This document shows positions 1 through 12,575 of a stretch of DNA of 64,000 bases, one piece after another. Made by a program: the position numbers and the translations under genes. The DNA comes from Cetorhinus maximus (lineage: Eukaryota), in NCBI RefSeq assembly GCF_964194155.1, contig NC_135885.1, positions 116,312,001 to 116,376,000 on the forward strand, written 5' to 3'. The notes beneath the pieces are model-generated. The model was given only the letters and a program-made list of their open reading frames with translations. It made no database searches and was not told the DNA's origin. Position 1 is the stretch's first letter. Each line of letters opens with the position of its first letter.

Positions 1-31
1 AACCACTGACATTCTGTCCCCTCTTTTCCAG

Positions 32-1520
32 GACAAGGTGGCACACAATAGAAGTGGGCAGAGCAGAACCAGCTGGGTACAAAGATACCTGCATCTCTTT
101 ATCCCTACAGAGGAGATGGTTCTCAGCATTGTGGGGCCCTGGCATTCACCATCACTGAGACTATTGAGGATGACATTATTTTCCTGCCTTATGACATTTC
201 TCAACACCACACTATATCCTCATTCTGTCTACATTATGAACAAACTGCTGATGGTGTGACCATGGACCACTCGCCTTCTATGCCAAACCCCTTCCCTCAC
301 CCCAGCCTTCCCCTTCTGATTTCCTGCTTTTACACATCCAAGAAATGCTGACTGTCCAATCACAGAACACAAGCATGGATAGAGATCAACTGTGCAGCAT
401 TGAAGAAGAGGCTCCATTACCTGACCTGACACTCATAGCCACTAGCTCAGATATTGGCATTACACATACTTTGGAGGCTAGTAAGAGTGTTGGGGGGTCA
501 GCACTTGGTAAGTCATACAGGCATGAGTAGGCTGCCCACCGGAGAACAAGGTTATACTTGCATCATATGCCTGTGAACATATGAAGACGATGGACATTTT
601 TATTTTTTAATAAAGGGACATAGAATATGGACAATTTAGCTTGACAAAATGGACTCCAGGCAAGTCAGGTAACCTTTTTGTGGTTTCTGTGCAGACACAG
701 GGACAGACATGTCTGAGCCTAGCACTGGGAGGTCATTTAAAATGCAAACTACCTATCCAGGTATTGATGGCTACCCCTCTCCATTTAAATTGAAGAGACT
801 TAAAGCAACAATGGTGAGTAAACTTACCAGCCCCACGAGGATGGGATTACAAATAAAAACATTTTGCAGACTAGTCATGGCTGAAATATTGATAGGATAT
901 CAAGCATCCTTCATTGTGTGACAGGTTGCTTAGCCATCAATCCATTTGCCTGGACAGCAGAATCCCCCCCCGAACAGCCTCAATACCTCCTGAACACCCC
1001 CAACCATCGCTCCCCCCCACCGAATGCCCCCAACACCCCCAGACCCCCTCCAACCCCCACTCCCACAGCCTGTGCTGCTGTGAGGCTTGCACTCCATCAC
1101 TGTAGGCATTGGTGGCATCCGCCAGTGGCTATATTAGAAGGGGCCAGGGCACCTAGGTCTCATTCCAGGTGCTCCTTCTCCTCAAGGAGTCAGCCAGGGG
1201 CCCTCGGGCACCCATAGGGATGAGGACCAGCAGCTGGATACTCCGGGGCCATCCATCCAGGTGAATTTGGGAATGTCCGGCCGATCCCAATCCTCTCCGC
1301 CTGTGACTCCATCACCTTCAGCTTCACAGACTGAGCTGGGTGCACATTCCCCACAGCAGGAGGCCCAAAGCAGGCCAGGGCCCTCCAAGTCTTGGCCCAC
1401 CAACAGAGTGCAGCAGTCAGCAGGGCATAGCAGTCGGGGCATAGCAGTCAGCAGCCTCTCTCCATCTTGGCTGTGGATGTCGGGGATGCATCAAGAGGTA
1501 GCGGTACGGTTAGGAAGATA
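32..1520 (+). pseudogene. Harbinger Myb/SANT-like (NAIF1-type) gene, exons 2-3, decayed and interrupted
   Basis: Splice acceptor ctcttttccAG|GACAAGGTGGCACACAATAGA (DKVAHNR), homologous to cAG|GATAAGATAGCCCGCAACAGA (DKIARNRREKDKTGGG) at 36077. Segments 400-490 and 1340-1520 resemble 36420-36510 and 38740-38900. Confidence 0.65.
550..960 (+). mobile_element. LTR-like repeat fragment inserted in the Harbinger element
   Basis: Colinear similarity to 7966-8530 (shared ATGGACAATTT, ACAGACATGTCTG, CTACCCCTCTCCATTT, GATAGGATATCAA blocks). Confidence 0.6.
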
Positions 1521-2149
1521 AAGAAATATTAGGAACACAATGGGAGAGCACAACAGGACACGGGTGTTCACCACATGTATATACTTTCCACTGATGCAAA
1601 TAGAATTGCACCCATTCCACACCTCCCCTCGTAATTGCCTCCTCTGCATGCTGAGCTGTGTTGTGCTCAATCAGATGTCACACAATGTTCACTTCCCCAA
1701 CTTATCACAGATTTTGCATCATGTGCCTCTGGTTAATGTTGTGTGCAGCCATCTCATCACATTATGTGTCCCTTCTCAGTTTATTACCAACATCAGTGAT
1801 GCCTCACCCTCAATGTAAAGTGTGCTTGTACAAGGCGTCTCGTCGACATGCACTGCAGTTCAAGTGATGTTCATTCTTGGCTGTGTAAATGGAGGCTCAT
1901 GTCGTCCCCTGACTCATCTGCATTCTGGAAAGGTGAAGGTATAGTGTAAAAAGAGAGATGTAGATGCACATGGAGAAGGGTATTCGTTCATTGAACTCCA
2001 TGCTGTCTGTCATCCGTGAGGGTTTGAAATCTATAAGCCCATACTCAGAGGTCATGTGCGCTCCTGCCAGCCTTACACGTTGTCAACTCTATGAGTGTAC
2101 ATCGGCTAAGCTGCCCAATAAGCGTGCTCACCTTCCCACTTCAATGTGC

Positions 2150-3100
2150 CAGTGCTCTGTCCTATGCAGGCACAATTTTGTCCTGGGACTCTAAGCTTCA
2201 GCTTTAACTATTTTGCACCTTGGAATTGCCTGCATAGCGCCCACAGGGCTATCGTCAAAAAGGATGCAGTGCTGGCCAATTCATTTGGCTTAGCCTCCCC
2301 TCCCTTAAACACTTGCCGAGTTCAGCGATGTTACATCCATATGGAGATATGCTGCAGTCAATGGAACCATTGAGCATGTTCTCAATGCTCATATGTTAGC
2401 TTGATGGGAAGACAGTGACAAGGGCAGAAATGGGTTAGGAGCGAGGATGTAATGCAGCTGATGTGCTCTTTATTATCAACAGGGTCGTAAAGGCCAGGGC
2501 TGACCATTATGGGAAACCAATGGTGTCACAAAATCAGCTTTTTCATGTCTGTCAGGCAAATGTGTGAAGGTGGTCACAGGTGAAGGAGATGATCTATGTC
2601 CATTGAAAAGTCAGGCTTGCTGGAGCCCTGCATCTCTAACAGAGAATGGAGGGTCTAAATGTAATAGAGATTAAGGTAATGCTGAGGACTGTGTGCTTTG
2701 AACAAGCAATAACACCTGTTGAACATCCTCCCCTGCCTTGACCCAAGTCTAGTATCACCATTGAAGTGACAAATAAGGCATTTTTCCATTGCTGGAGATG
2801 GATCTCCTTGAGGCGCCTTGTCAGACTGAAGGTATACTGCCACAAGTCCGCTGACGACTGCAGTGCAACTCCTGCCTCTTGCGACTGGAATTCTGGAGAG
2901 ACACTTGAAGAGGCAGCACCCTCTGTTCTATGATGCTGGACTGACCAATGTACCCCTGGAAAGAGCCACTTGTGTAGAAGTTAAGAGCAGCAGTGACTTT
3001 CAAAGCCACTGGTAAAGAATGTCCTCCCAATCCCCACAGCGTCAACTCATGAAGAATGTGGCAGATGTCAACCACCAGATCCCTGAACATGTGGAGGCAT
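2150..3100 (-). pseudogene. Harbinger (HARBI1-like) DDE transposase, disrupted
   Basis: ORF 2821-3090 contains LPVALKVTAALNFYTSGSFQG. GSIDC-like motif near 2370 (GAIDCTH consensus). Confidence 0.8.
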
Positions 3101-5504
3101 CAACAACACTGTCTCTTGCTCATCTACAGAAAAGACATGGGCCTTCTGTATGCCCTGAAAGGTGCCTATGCACAGAGTTTCTACGAGCTTCATCCTCTAG
3201 GTCCGGAGGAGTCCCTGCTACCCCTTGCTCATCGGGGTGAAGCTCCTCCCTTTGGTGAGCCTGGCGTCGCTGTAGCACTCTTCTCCGCCTTTCCTCCTGC
3301 CTGCCTGTGATGATGCAGGCAACATTAAATGCACCCTCCATCTTCCTGAAGGCTTCCTCTTGCAGGAACACTGAAAGAAAGCCATGACTGAGCATCAGCC
3401 TCCAAAGGTTCTCTTTCTGTTGCTGACTCATGAGTCACTGTGGGTTCAAGGGTTTGGTTACAGTCTAAGCACATAATAGCCAATACAATCCTGGCCATCG
3501 CGATGACCACTGTCAGTGTCATAGTATCCCACTTTGGCCCCAACTTGCTTCTGTAAGAGACTCTTTCCCAATTCTGGCCTAGAGGACACTCACCTCCCAT
3601 CCGCAATCATATGTCTGAATGCAGCCTACCCCACTCTCCCCCCTGCCACCCACAGTCGCGTCCTTGCTCTGCAGCACATTACAACCCATCTCCGCCTTAC
3701 CACTGGCCTGGTTTATAGAGCTTTGCCTCTGTAACCCCCCTTGAAAGCGAAATGGTGCTGCCTGCGAAACCAGTGGGAGTCCTAAGTGCCACAAGTGCCA
3801 CGTGATGCAAGGTAGGTGAAGAAACTTTAAAGTCAGGAGTGAAGTGCAGGTCACCAGGTACATGTCGCTTATAACTGGTTGTGAATCACGCCGATCTAAT
3901 TTGACGCCTGCCCAGTGTGGGGGCGTGATTCCGCTGAGCTGCCTTCATGGTGAGCATTCATGGTTTCTAATGTAATCAAATGGCATTCCCGACATGGAGC
4001 GGTGGGAAAAGCACACCTCCATTGAGGGCGGGAGCAGACAATAGTAACCTTTTTAATGCTGCCAGGAAACTCACTTGCTCGCTCCTGTGCTATTTTCCCC
4101 TTCTGCCCGCCATTACGCCCACCGTGGCCGGGGACAGAAAATCCTGTCCAATGTTCCAAGTGGTGTGTAAAATGGCTGCTGCACTAAACCTTTGCTTACA
4201 TAAAATGAAATCAGAGGTCACATGAGTATGATAAGCCACTGTATACAAAGATATTTATCCAAACATATACCACCAAATCTGGCACACGGCCAAAACCAGT
4301 ACACAGCTAAAACCAGCCTGCGTCCAAATCCGGCACACAGCTGAACCCAGCACGAAGTGAAAGGATAAGTTACAGGGAATGTTTCAGCACAAAGCCCAAA
4401 TAAAAAAAAACAAGTTACACATATAATCACACCTACAGGCTTACTGACGACTGTAGGTACTTCTTTCCATATGGCTACTTGGATCATCCCACTCATGGCT
4501 GAAGTAGAGACTATCAGAATTTTCAAAGGATTCGTTCTTACATCCATTTTTTGGCATTCTTCCAAAAACATACATGCTCCAATCCACATTGGTGAATGTC
4601 AGTCCTCAGTATCTCTTCTCCTTATTGATGGTCAGTGGATGTCGAGGTCACTTACTTAATGCCTGAGGAGCTTACAGGGTTTACAGTAGCTCATTAATTT
4701 GTGACAGCTGGGAGGTTTCCTTTTCGCAGAACTCTCAAGGCCCGCATCCTTACCTTGGGTGCAGATGTAGCAGAGGCCCCATTCAGCCTGATATCATTGT
4801 TTTTTTCTCAAAAAACAACATAAATGATTCAGATCAGCAAATTTCAGAGAAGTTTCCCCATTAACACTGCTCTCAGATTCTCAAGGCATGCTGGTACAGT
4901 AAATTTAGTCACACTTCAGTATTAACTCATTAAAGCCTGGAAAAACTGTCCTTCCTTAGAATTCCGAGAAGTGTAGAGGAGCACAGGGACCTTGGGAAGT
5001 ATACAGATCTCTGAATTAGGACAGGTAGAATAGGTAGTCAAGAAAGCATACAGGATACTGCCCTTTATTGGACAAGTCTCAGTGTATAAGAGTAAGGAGG
5101 TTATACTAAAACTGTATAAAATACAAGTTAGACTGCCGCTGAGAATACTTGTACAGTTCTGATCACTGCCTTAAGGAAGCATGTGATCATATGAGAGAGG
5201 GAACAGAAATTACAAAATGTTGCCAGGAATGAAGAATTTTAGCTACAAGGAAAGGTTGGATAGGGTAGGGTCATTTTCCTCGGATGAGAGGTAGCTGAGG
5301 TGAGATTTAATTGATGGGTACAATATGATGAGACACTTCTATAGAGTGGATACGAAGGACCTAGTTCCCCCAGCAAAGGATCAATAACCAGGGGCATAGA
5401 TTTAAAGTAATTGGTAGAAGGATTAGAGTAGGGTTGAGAAGTATTTTTTTCACTGAAAGGGTGCTGTAGGTTTGGAACTCACTGTCGGAAAGGGTGGTTG
5501 AATG

Positions 5505-6697
5505 ATAGAACCATAGAAAACTACGGCACAGAAATGGACTATTCAGCAAATCGTGTCTGTACCAGCCAAAAAAGAACATTTTTTAAAAAATCTAGCCGCC
5601 CATTATATTGCCACCTTCCAGCACCTGGTCCATAGCCTTGCAGGTTACAGCACTTCAGGTGATGATCAAGGTACCTCAGATGAGGGTTTCTGTCTCCACC
5701 ACCAAACCAGACAGCAAAGTCCAGACGCCCACCACCCTCTGGGCGAAGAACTTCTTCCTCATTTCCCCTCTAATCTTGCTACCAATCACCTTAAATCTGT
5801 GCCCTTTGTTAATTGACCTCTCCGCTAGGGGAAACAGGTCTTTCCTGTCTGCTCTATCTAGGCTCTTCATAATCTCGTACACCTCAATTAAGTCATCCCT
5901 CAGCCTCCTCTGTTCTAAGGAAAACAACCCTAGCCTATCCAATCTTTCCTCTTGGCTGCAATTTTCAAGCCCTGGCAATATTCTTGTAAATCTCCTCTGC
6001 ACACTCTCCAGAGCAATTATGTCCTTCCTGTAATGTGGCGACCAGAACTGTATACAAAATTCCAGCTGCAGCCTAGCCAACATTTTATACAGTTCCAGCA
6101 TTACATCCCTGCTCTTGTGTTGAAAACCTTGTCCAACAAAGGAAAGCATTTCATATAAAAGCAAAAAACTGCGGATGCTAGAAATCCAAAACAAAAAAAA
6201 ACTGGAAAAACTCAACAGGTCTGGCAGCATCTGCGGAGAGGAACACAGAGGAACTGTGTTCCTCTCCGCAGATGCTGCCAGACCTGCTGAGTTTTTCCAG
6301 GTATTTTTGTTTTTGTTTTGTAAAGCATTTCATATGCTTTTTTCACCATCTTATCCACCTGTTCTGCCACCTTCAGGGACCTATGGAAATGCAATCCAAT
6401 GTTTCTTATTTCCTCTATCCTTCTCAATGTCCTCCCATTTATTGTCTATTCCCTAGCCTTTGTTTGCCCTCCCCAAATGCATTACTTCATACTTCTCTGA
6501 ATTAATTCCATCTGCCACTTTTCCGCCCACTCAACCAAACCATTGATATCATTTTGGAGACAACAGCTTTCCTCTTCACTATCAACTACATGGCTAATTT
6601 TCATGTCATCTGCAAACTTTCCAATCAAGCCCCCTCACATTTAACTCCAAATCATTAATATATACAACAAACAGCAAAGGCCCCAACCCTGAGCCCT
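5505..6697 (-). mobile_element. CR1 LINE 3' portion
   Basis: ORF 5676-6230 includes LYKMLARLQLEFCIQFWSPHYRKDIIALESVQRRFTRILPGL..RRLRDDLIEVY. 3' tail (ttctatgg-type repeat) at 5505-5520. Confidence 0.9.
6157..6321. mobile_element. Palindromic Penelope-like 3'-tail insertion (165 bp)
   Basis: Inverted arms around 6249-6253. Exact 14-bp TSD AAAGCATTTCATAT at 6143-6156 and 6322-6335. Confidence 0.9.
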
Positions 6698-6889
6698 GTG
6701 GTAGAGGCAGAAACTCTCATCACATTTGAAAAAGAAACATGAGGATATATGCACTTGAGGTGCCCTAACCTACAGGGCTCTGGGCAAGCGCTGGAAGGTG
6801 GGATCAGACTACGAAAATGTTTTTCGGCCAGTATGGATACGATGGGCCAAATGGCTTTCTGCTGTGCTATAATCCTTCTATTTTCCTAT

Positions 6890-7068
6890 GAATGGAATTT
6901 CACAGTCCCCTGCCAGTGGGTTTGAAGGTGGGGGAGCTTGTAAAAATGCAGCACATGGTTTGCCCACCTGCACCCCCCACGACCTGTCTCCCATTTTATG
7001 GGGGACGGTGGAGGCGTCGGGCAACCTGCCCACACTTGAACTTATTGAGACCTTTAAGTGGTCAATTA
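6890..7068. mobile_element. Truncated Harbinger-type MITE end
   Basis: Starts GAATGGAATTTC. Similar to the 5' parts of 19911 and 24874 (aaattgagg..cttaagtgg.caatta motif). Confidence 0.5.
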
Positions 7069-7069
7069 C

Positions 7070-7345
7070 AGTTGTCCCTTTATCCATGTTGCTTGTTGCT
7101 TCCTCAAAAGCTCTAATAAATTGGTTAACCATGATTTCCTTTCTCAAAGCCATTTTGACTCTGTCTGATATTATGATTTTCTAATTATCTTCCCACAACC
7201 TCCTTAATAATGAATTCGAGCAATTTCTCAATGACAGTTGTTAGGCTAACTGGCCTATAGTTTACTGCTTTTTGTCTCCCTCCTTTACTGAATAAAGGTA
7301 TTACATTAGCTATTTTCTAATTCACAGGGACCCTTTCAGAATCCT
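7070..7345 (-). mobile_element. Old CR1 RT fragment
   Basis: Reverse complement gives NYRPVSLT (ctataggccagttagcctaac) and FEEATSNMDKG. Confidence 0.7.
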
Positions 7346-8114
7346 AAGGCATGACTTCCTTCCAGATGGAGGCAAAAATCTTGGTCTTAGCCAATTAACA
7401 ACCAGCCGAGCATTATATAACACCTGACAGGAAACAGGCAATAAGAAATATTTGAAGGAATCCAGAGTTACAGTCAGAGGTCCTGTGGTATGTTAACAGT
7501 GATGTTGGTAGGCTGAATTCAGCTTGGAGCATCGACGAACTGTTGTGAGTTCAGAGGCAGGTGTGATGAGTGAATTCCAGAACCTATATGAGGGTAAAGT
7601 ATCAGAAGAGGCATTGATGTGGTATTTTCATGGGAATGAGGAGTTGTACAGAATCAGTTCCAGGATCAGAAAGTGGACGGAGATATTAAAGGATGCCGTA
7701 AAATGCAGAAGCAGCAGTAGTTGGTTCAATTGGCTCAGGCAAGTGATTTTCTGGCCAGGAACAGACTGAAGCTGAACATTCAGTATAACCAGTGGCCAGT
7801 CACAGAGATTTAAATCTCTCAATCTCAAATGTGATGGGGGAAGGGCTGTAAACTGATCGACGATACTTTAAATATTGCAAAAAGCAGCAGATCAGATACA
7901 GGAGTTGGACCTTATGGTAAGCCAGTACTCCGGAGCCCCTGTTGTGTGAAGGTTACAGTGACCCTTGTTACACCTGCATTATATGCCCATGAAGCTATGA
8001 AGCAAATGGACATTTTTACTCCTAAAAGGCAGCATGGAGTATGGACAATTTACCTTGCCAGGATGTACTCCAGGAGATTTTAAAGACACAGGAACAGACA
8101 TGTCTGGATGTATA

Positions 8115-8274
8115 AAAGCAAAATACTGTGGATGCTGGAAATCTGAAACAAAAACAAAAATACCTGGAAAAACTCAGCAGGTCTGACAGCATCTGCGGAG
8201 AGGAATACAGGTGATGTTTTGAGTCCGTATGACTCTTCATCAGAACTAAGGAAATAGAGAAATTGAGGTGAAAT
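8115..8274 (-). mobile_element. 5'-truncated Penelope-like 3' tail with hammerhead motif
   Basis: Exact 15-bp TSD ATGTCTGGATGTATA at 8100-8114 and 8275-8289. Same tail sequence as 6157, 30905, 42048 and 55241. Confidence 0.9.
8210..8247 (-). ncRNA. Minimal type I hammerhead ribozyme, decayed
   Basis: Sense: AGTT CTGATGA A GAGTC ATACG GACTC AAAAC ATC ACC. CUGAUGA and stem II intact; GAAAC mutated to AAAAC. Confidence 0.7.
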
Positions 8275-9054
8275 ATGTCTGGATGTATATCTGGGGAGTT
8301 ACTTAAAATGTAAATGATCTTCCCAGGTGTTGATTGACTACCCCTCTCCATTTCAATTGAGGAGATTTAAATAACATTGGCTGTTAGAATTGCAGGCACC
8401 ATGAAGATGGAAATACAAATAAAGATATTCAGAAGCTATTCATAACTGGACTGTTGATAGGATATCAAATATCCCCCATTGTGTGATAAATTGCTTAACC
8501 TTCATACCAATTGTGTGAACAATAGAAACATTGATACAATGATTAAATGGCAGAAACTGGCTTAAAAAAAACCCTATTAATTGACACCTTGAAACAGCAG
8601 CAAGCAGTCCGGGACAAACAACGGTGAGAGAAGAGATCTCGTGCAGAAAAGAAAGAACCCTGTCAAGAAATTTATTACAGGCAGAGTGTGGTTAATTCTT
8701 TTTATCTGCAAGATATATCTTCACTACAGGAGCTCGTCTACAACTTCAAGTGGGGAAAATTCAGGAACCTGCTGTTGCAATAATAAGCCATTGTGAGTTC
8801 ATCAACAGAAACCTCCAACCACTATCTTTTCTTCAGTGAACTGCAACATTCAGACCGACAACATTTCCAACTACCATCTTGTTGGATCAGTGTAATGGTG
8901 AATTTTGAACTCTTTAAAAAAAAAAATCAGTGCATGTTACCCTTTTCTGTCATTACCTTTTTTTCTGTGTGTCTGTCTTGCATGAATGAAGGAGTGAGTG
9001 CTGCTGTGATTCAGTTTTTGGGTTTTATGAAATACCCAAAAATGGAATCACAGC

Positions 9055-9440
9055 CTTTATGTAACACCCTCAACTTCTATGGAACAGGCTTATTCCAGAT
9101 GGCAGATGTTGACTTCAGGAAAGCCAGTCAATTTTCTGTTCATGTAACCATTAGGCAGGTGTCACATCTCCTTTTGCAAAAAGATGGTTATACATGACCT
9201 TCCAATAGAGGTTGCTGACCTTGAAGAGAAGGCTTTTGGATTTGGTCTCATTACAGAATTTTCACAGTTTAAATATGTAATTGACTGCATACAAATTGCC
9301 CTGCACATGTTTCCTTCAAATCCAGCTATATTTAAAAACAGGGAGAGGTTTCATTCCCTGAGTGTGCAGTAGTTGCATTTGTGATCCCAGGTAGCAGATA
9401 ACAAAGGCTTTGGCCTAGTTTTCTAGGACTAGAAATGATG
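9055..9440 (+). pseudogene. Ancient Harbinger transposase remnant
   Basis: TLNFYGTGLFQ and KYVIDCIQIAL..PSNPAIFKNRERFHSLSVQ match HARBI1-type GVIDCTHIA / NRKGFHSLNVQ motifs. Confidence 0.75.
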
Positions 9441-9649
9441 CTTCTTACTGCATCTGTTCTTTGTATCTGTTTTTCAGATAAAAGGCACATACGATTGAGA
9501 GTAGACTGATGGATTAGATTTTGTCCTGCTTTTAGTGGACAAGCCACACTTGGGCAATTTTCCATATTGTTAAAACTTGATATCTGTTGTGAACAAATAC
9601 TGAAGTCTATAAAGGAATTAAGTGTATTTATCAATGATTAAGGCAATAA

Positions 9650-10150
9650 CACAAAACCAATATGGATTTATTGGAACTCTTTTGAAGATGTAACAGAATT
9701 GGTTAACCATTCTAATGTAATGGATAGTAGATCCAATTTCCACAAGGATGCTTCAGAAAAGACTTATAAAACAGATGATAGGATTAATGGATGATGAATT
9801 GCTTAGACATTAGGGAGAAAAAAGCCAAAGTTCTTCTTTAAGCAAATATCACTTTTTTCATGAGTACTTCTTTGCTAAAGTTAGCATAGATAAGAATTTT
9901 TGTCTCCAAAGAGCAGTAATCAATGGCATTCTAACTGGAGGGTTGTGGCCAGTATAGACAATGCATTTATAAATCATTTTGATAAGGATATTGAACATCC
10001 ATAGCTGCAGAACTTGCCAAATTGCACTAACAGAATGCTCAAAAAAGTTAAAATGCCAACAGCTGTACCAACTGAGTAGCTGGGAGAATATTTAGCGGGT
10101 AATAATTAATTGTGGGAAACCTAAGATAATGCACATTGTATCAACTGCAA
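9650..10150 (+). mobile_element. Highly decayed CR1 RT remnant
   Basis: ttattggaactcttttgaagatgtaaca (LLE.FEDVT) followed by aatttccacaagg (DFQKAFD-like). Confidence 0.5.
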
Positions 10151-11389
10151 CAAATATCATCAAAGGAGGAGGAATATGCTTTCTAAACATGGAGGATGGG
10201 GACAAAAGAGAGATAATTACCTTGATTTTTCAGTTTAGTCGCAAGGAAGAACTGTTGCCACTCATGTGATCTCCACTGCTTGTAACCCATAGCCTTTTAC
10301 TGTTGTGCTGTTGAGGGGGGCCTCATTTAATATTCAGGGTAGGTTTTAGTGGAATTCCCACTCTTGACTAATTTACTGCCTCTGGAAAGAAAGGAAATAC
10401 AGTTTAGCTGCATCATTTACAAGGTTTAAATTAAAGAACCAAAGACACTTAAATTGTGGAAAGAGATAATCCAGAAAACAGCTTGCAATGGCAGAAGGAA
10501 GAATAGTGGTAAAAACCCTCAGGGTATTGTGATGAGTCATAAATGTGTTATTGACAGAGAATGGAGGATTATCCCTTTGGCTGCATGATTGGTAGCTTCA
10601 TTAAAGGATAGTGCAGGCATTGTGTGTAATACGGCATAGATGATCAGTGTCACATGAATGGCAACACAGTGGCCAAGGTGAATCAAATCAAATATGTTAG
10701 TTATTTATTAATTGTGTGTTTAATTATATATGGATGATGGGCATTAACTTGGATTTATTTATGCTCCTATGAATAGGAACAGACTGAAACTTTGGTGTTT
10801 GGGTTAGAGGGTGTGTGTTTATAATTTGTACCTCTGCAAGCAAAAGCTAATAAAGATATATGAAAATTAGGATCCAATTGGGTTGGCTTGGGTTCATGGA
10901 ATAGAACAAAGTCTATTAATGCATCTCTTGAGAAATTGTTAGAAGCATACGGCATTGACTCCCTTACATGTCCTAGCAGCATAATTTAATATTTATAATT
11001 GAACTCATACACTACAAACATTCATAATAATGGAAATATCATAACTCAATGACAGCTGTGCTCTTGAAGCATAAACCATAAAAGCATATCATTTCAGACA
11101 TACAAAGGTCTGATTGTCCAGGTCCTGAATCTAAGCACCAAAAATCAGAGATGCAATTTTAGTCGTTTTTATTCTCACACAGAGTCTCCTCTTCCTTCTC
11201 AAAGCATATGAGTATTATAACAATGTTCAAGAAATTCCTAATTCTCTTGCTGCCAGTGAAATAGCAGCTGTCAGCAAGACAGTTGCAGGGAAGGACTGGG
11301 GAAATACAATAATTTTATTGTTAAAAAATCACCAAACACCAGCAGGAAGGAATACACCAAAGATATTGCAGATGGTAATGTTAAAGCCC

Positions 11390-12460
11390 ACTGAATAAAA
11401 GGGAGGGGCAGTAGCAGCATGGATACAAAGTTGGCTGAATGACAGGAAAAAGACGTTTTTTTCGGACTGGGGGAAAGTACTAAGTCGGGTTTTCCAGGGG
11501 TTAGTATGAGGACTATTGCTTTTCTTGATCTCTATTAATGATCTTGTCTTGTGAGTGCAGGGCACAAATTTCAAAATTTGCAGATGGCACAAAACTCAGA
11601 AGTAACGTGAACTGCGAGAAGAATAGTGATAGGCTTCAAGAGGTCATAGACTTTCTGGTGGAATAAGCAAACACATGGTAGGTGAAATTTAATGCAGCGA
11701 AGTGTGAAAAGATTCATTTTGAAAGGAAGAGTGAGAAAAGACCATATCAAATAAAGGATGCAATTCTAAAGGGGGCGCTGGAGCAGAGGGGCCTGGGGAT
11801 ATATGGGTACAAATTGTTGAAGATGGCAGAACAGGTTGAGAAAGCAGTTAATAAGACCTATGAACTTTTGAGCTTTATCATTAAAGGCATAGAGTACAAA
11901 AGGAAGGAAATTATGGTGAACCTTTATAAAACACTGGTTTGGCCTCAACTGGAGTATTGTCTCCAATTTGGGTTTAGGTGGGATATAAAGGCATTAGACA
12001 GGGTGTAGAAAAGATTTATGGGAATAGAACCAGAGCAAGGGACTTCAGTTATGTGCATAGATTGGAGAAGCTGAGAGAAAAGGATGTTGGATGAGACTTG
12101 AAAGAAGTGTTCAAAATCTTAAGGATTTTGGAAACAGTGATAGGGGAGGAACTGTTTCTCCTGGCAGAAGGGTCAAAAACCAAAGGACACCGATTTAAGG
12201 TGATTGGCAAAAGAACTAGAGGTGACATGAAGAAAAATGTTTTTTACGCAGCAAGTGGTTAGGATCTGACATGCACCGAGTGTCAATATGGTGGAGGCAA
12301 ATTCAATCATGACTTTCAGAAGGGAATTGGATAATTATCTGAATAGAAAAAGAAGTTGCATGGTTATGAGGAAAGGCAGGGGAGTAGGACTATCTGAGTT
12401 ACTCTTGCAGACAGCCAACATGGACATGACGGGCCAAATGACCTCCTTCTCTGCTGTAAC
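11390..12460 (+). mobile_element. CR1 LINE 3' portion
   Basis: ORF 11682-12008 MKFNAAKCEKIHF..LYKTLVWPQLEYCLQF; decayed FADDTKL at 11578; CR1 3'UTR at 12420-12460. Confidence 0.9.
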
Positions 12461-12463
12461 AAT

Positions 12464-12575
12464 GGCAGGGGTTTTCTGGTCCTGCCAAGTGTCAATTGAC
12501 TTTTTGCCGACCCGCCAACTTTTCAGTCCCACCCACAATGGGTCCTGCTGTGGATGCTGCCAGAAAATCCCTGCC
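12464..12575. mobile_element. 112-bp Harbinger-type MITE
   Basis: TIRs GGCAGGGGTTTTCTGG / CCAGAAAATCCCTGCC; flanks AAT/TAT (imperfect 3-bp TSD). Confidence 0.7.

Larger units (their letters stand above)
1..4149. mobile_element. Decayed PIF/Harbinger DNA transposon (left end outside window); Myb/SANT gene on +, transposase on -
   Basis: Myb-gene exon DKVAHNR.. at 32 and HARBI1-like peptides on minus strand. Right terminus ...CAGAAAATCCTGTCC (rc GGACAGGATTTT) matches the GGGCAGAATTTT-type TIRs seen elsewhere in the window. Same layout as 35327-45061. Confidence 0.8.
4965..6885 (+). mobile_element. CR1 LINE 3' fragment (4965-5505 and 6698-6885), split by an antisense CR1
   Basis: Decayed RT C-terminal coding (LYK..VR, GHRFKVIG). 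It resumes at 6698 (tggtagaggcagaaactctc) and ends in the CR1 3'UTR gatgggccaaatggc..ctgtgct. Confidence 0.75.
7966..8530 (+). mobile_element. LTR-like repeat (begins TGTTAC); may extend further right
   Basis: Homologous to 550-960; TG start; interrupted by a PLE tail insertion. Confidence 0.6.

Noticed and set aside
4270-4355. CRISPR-like array
   Set aside because: Units are adjacent and degenerate with no unique spacers; eukaryotic context and no cas genes.
4218-4659. Overlapping ORFs as a host exon
   Set aside because: No recognisable protein motif or supported splice structure.
5676-6230. 184-aa ORF as a novel fusion protein
   Set aside because: Chance read-through from the inserted PLE tail into CR1 ORF2.
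6157-6321. Classical DNA-transposon MITE or miRNA gene
   Set aside because: Arms are unequal, the TSD is 14 bp, and the sequence is the 3' tail of GIY-YIG-bearing PLE copies elsewhere in the window.
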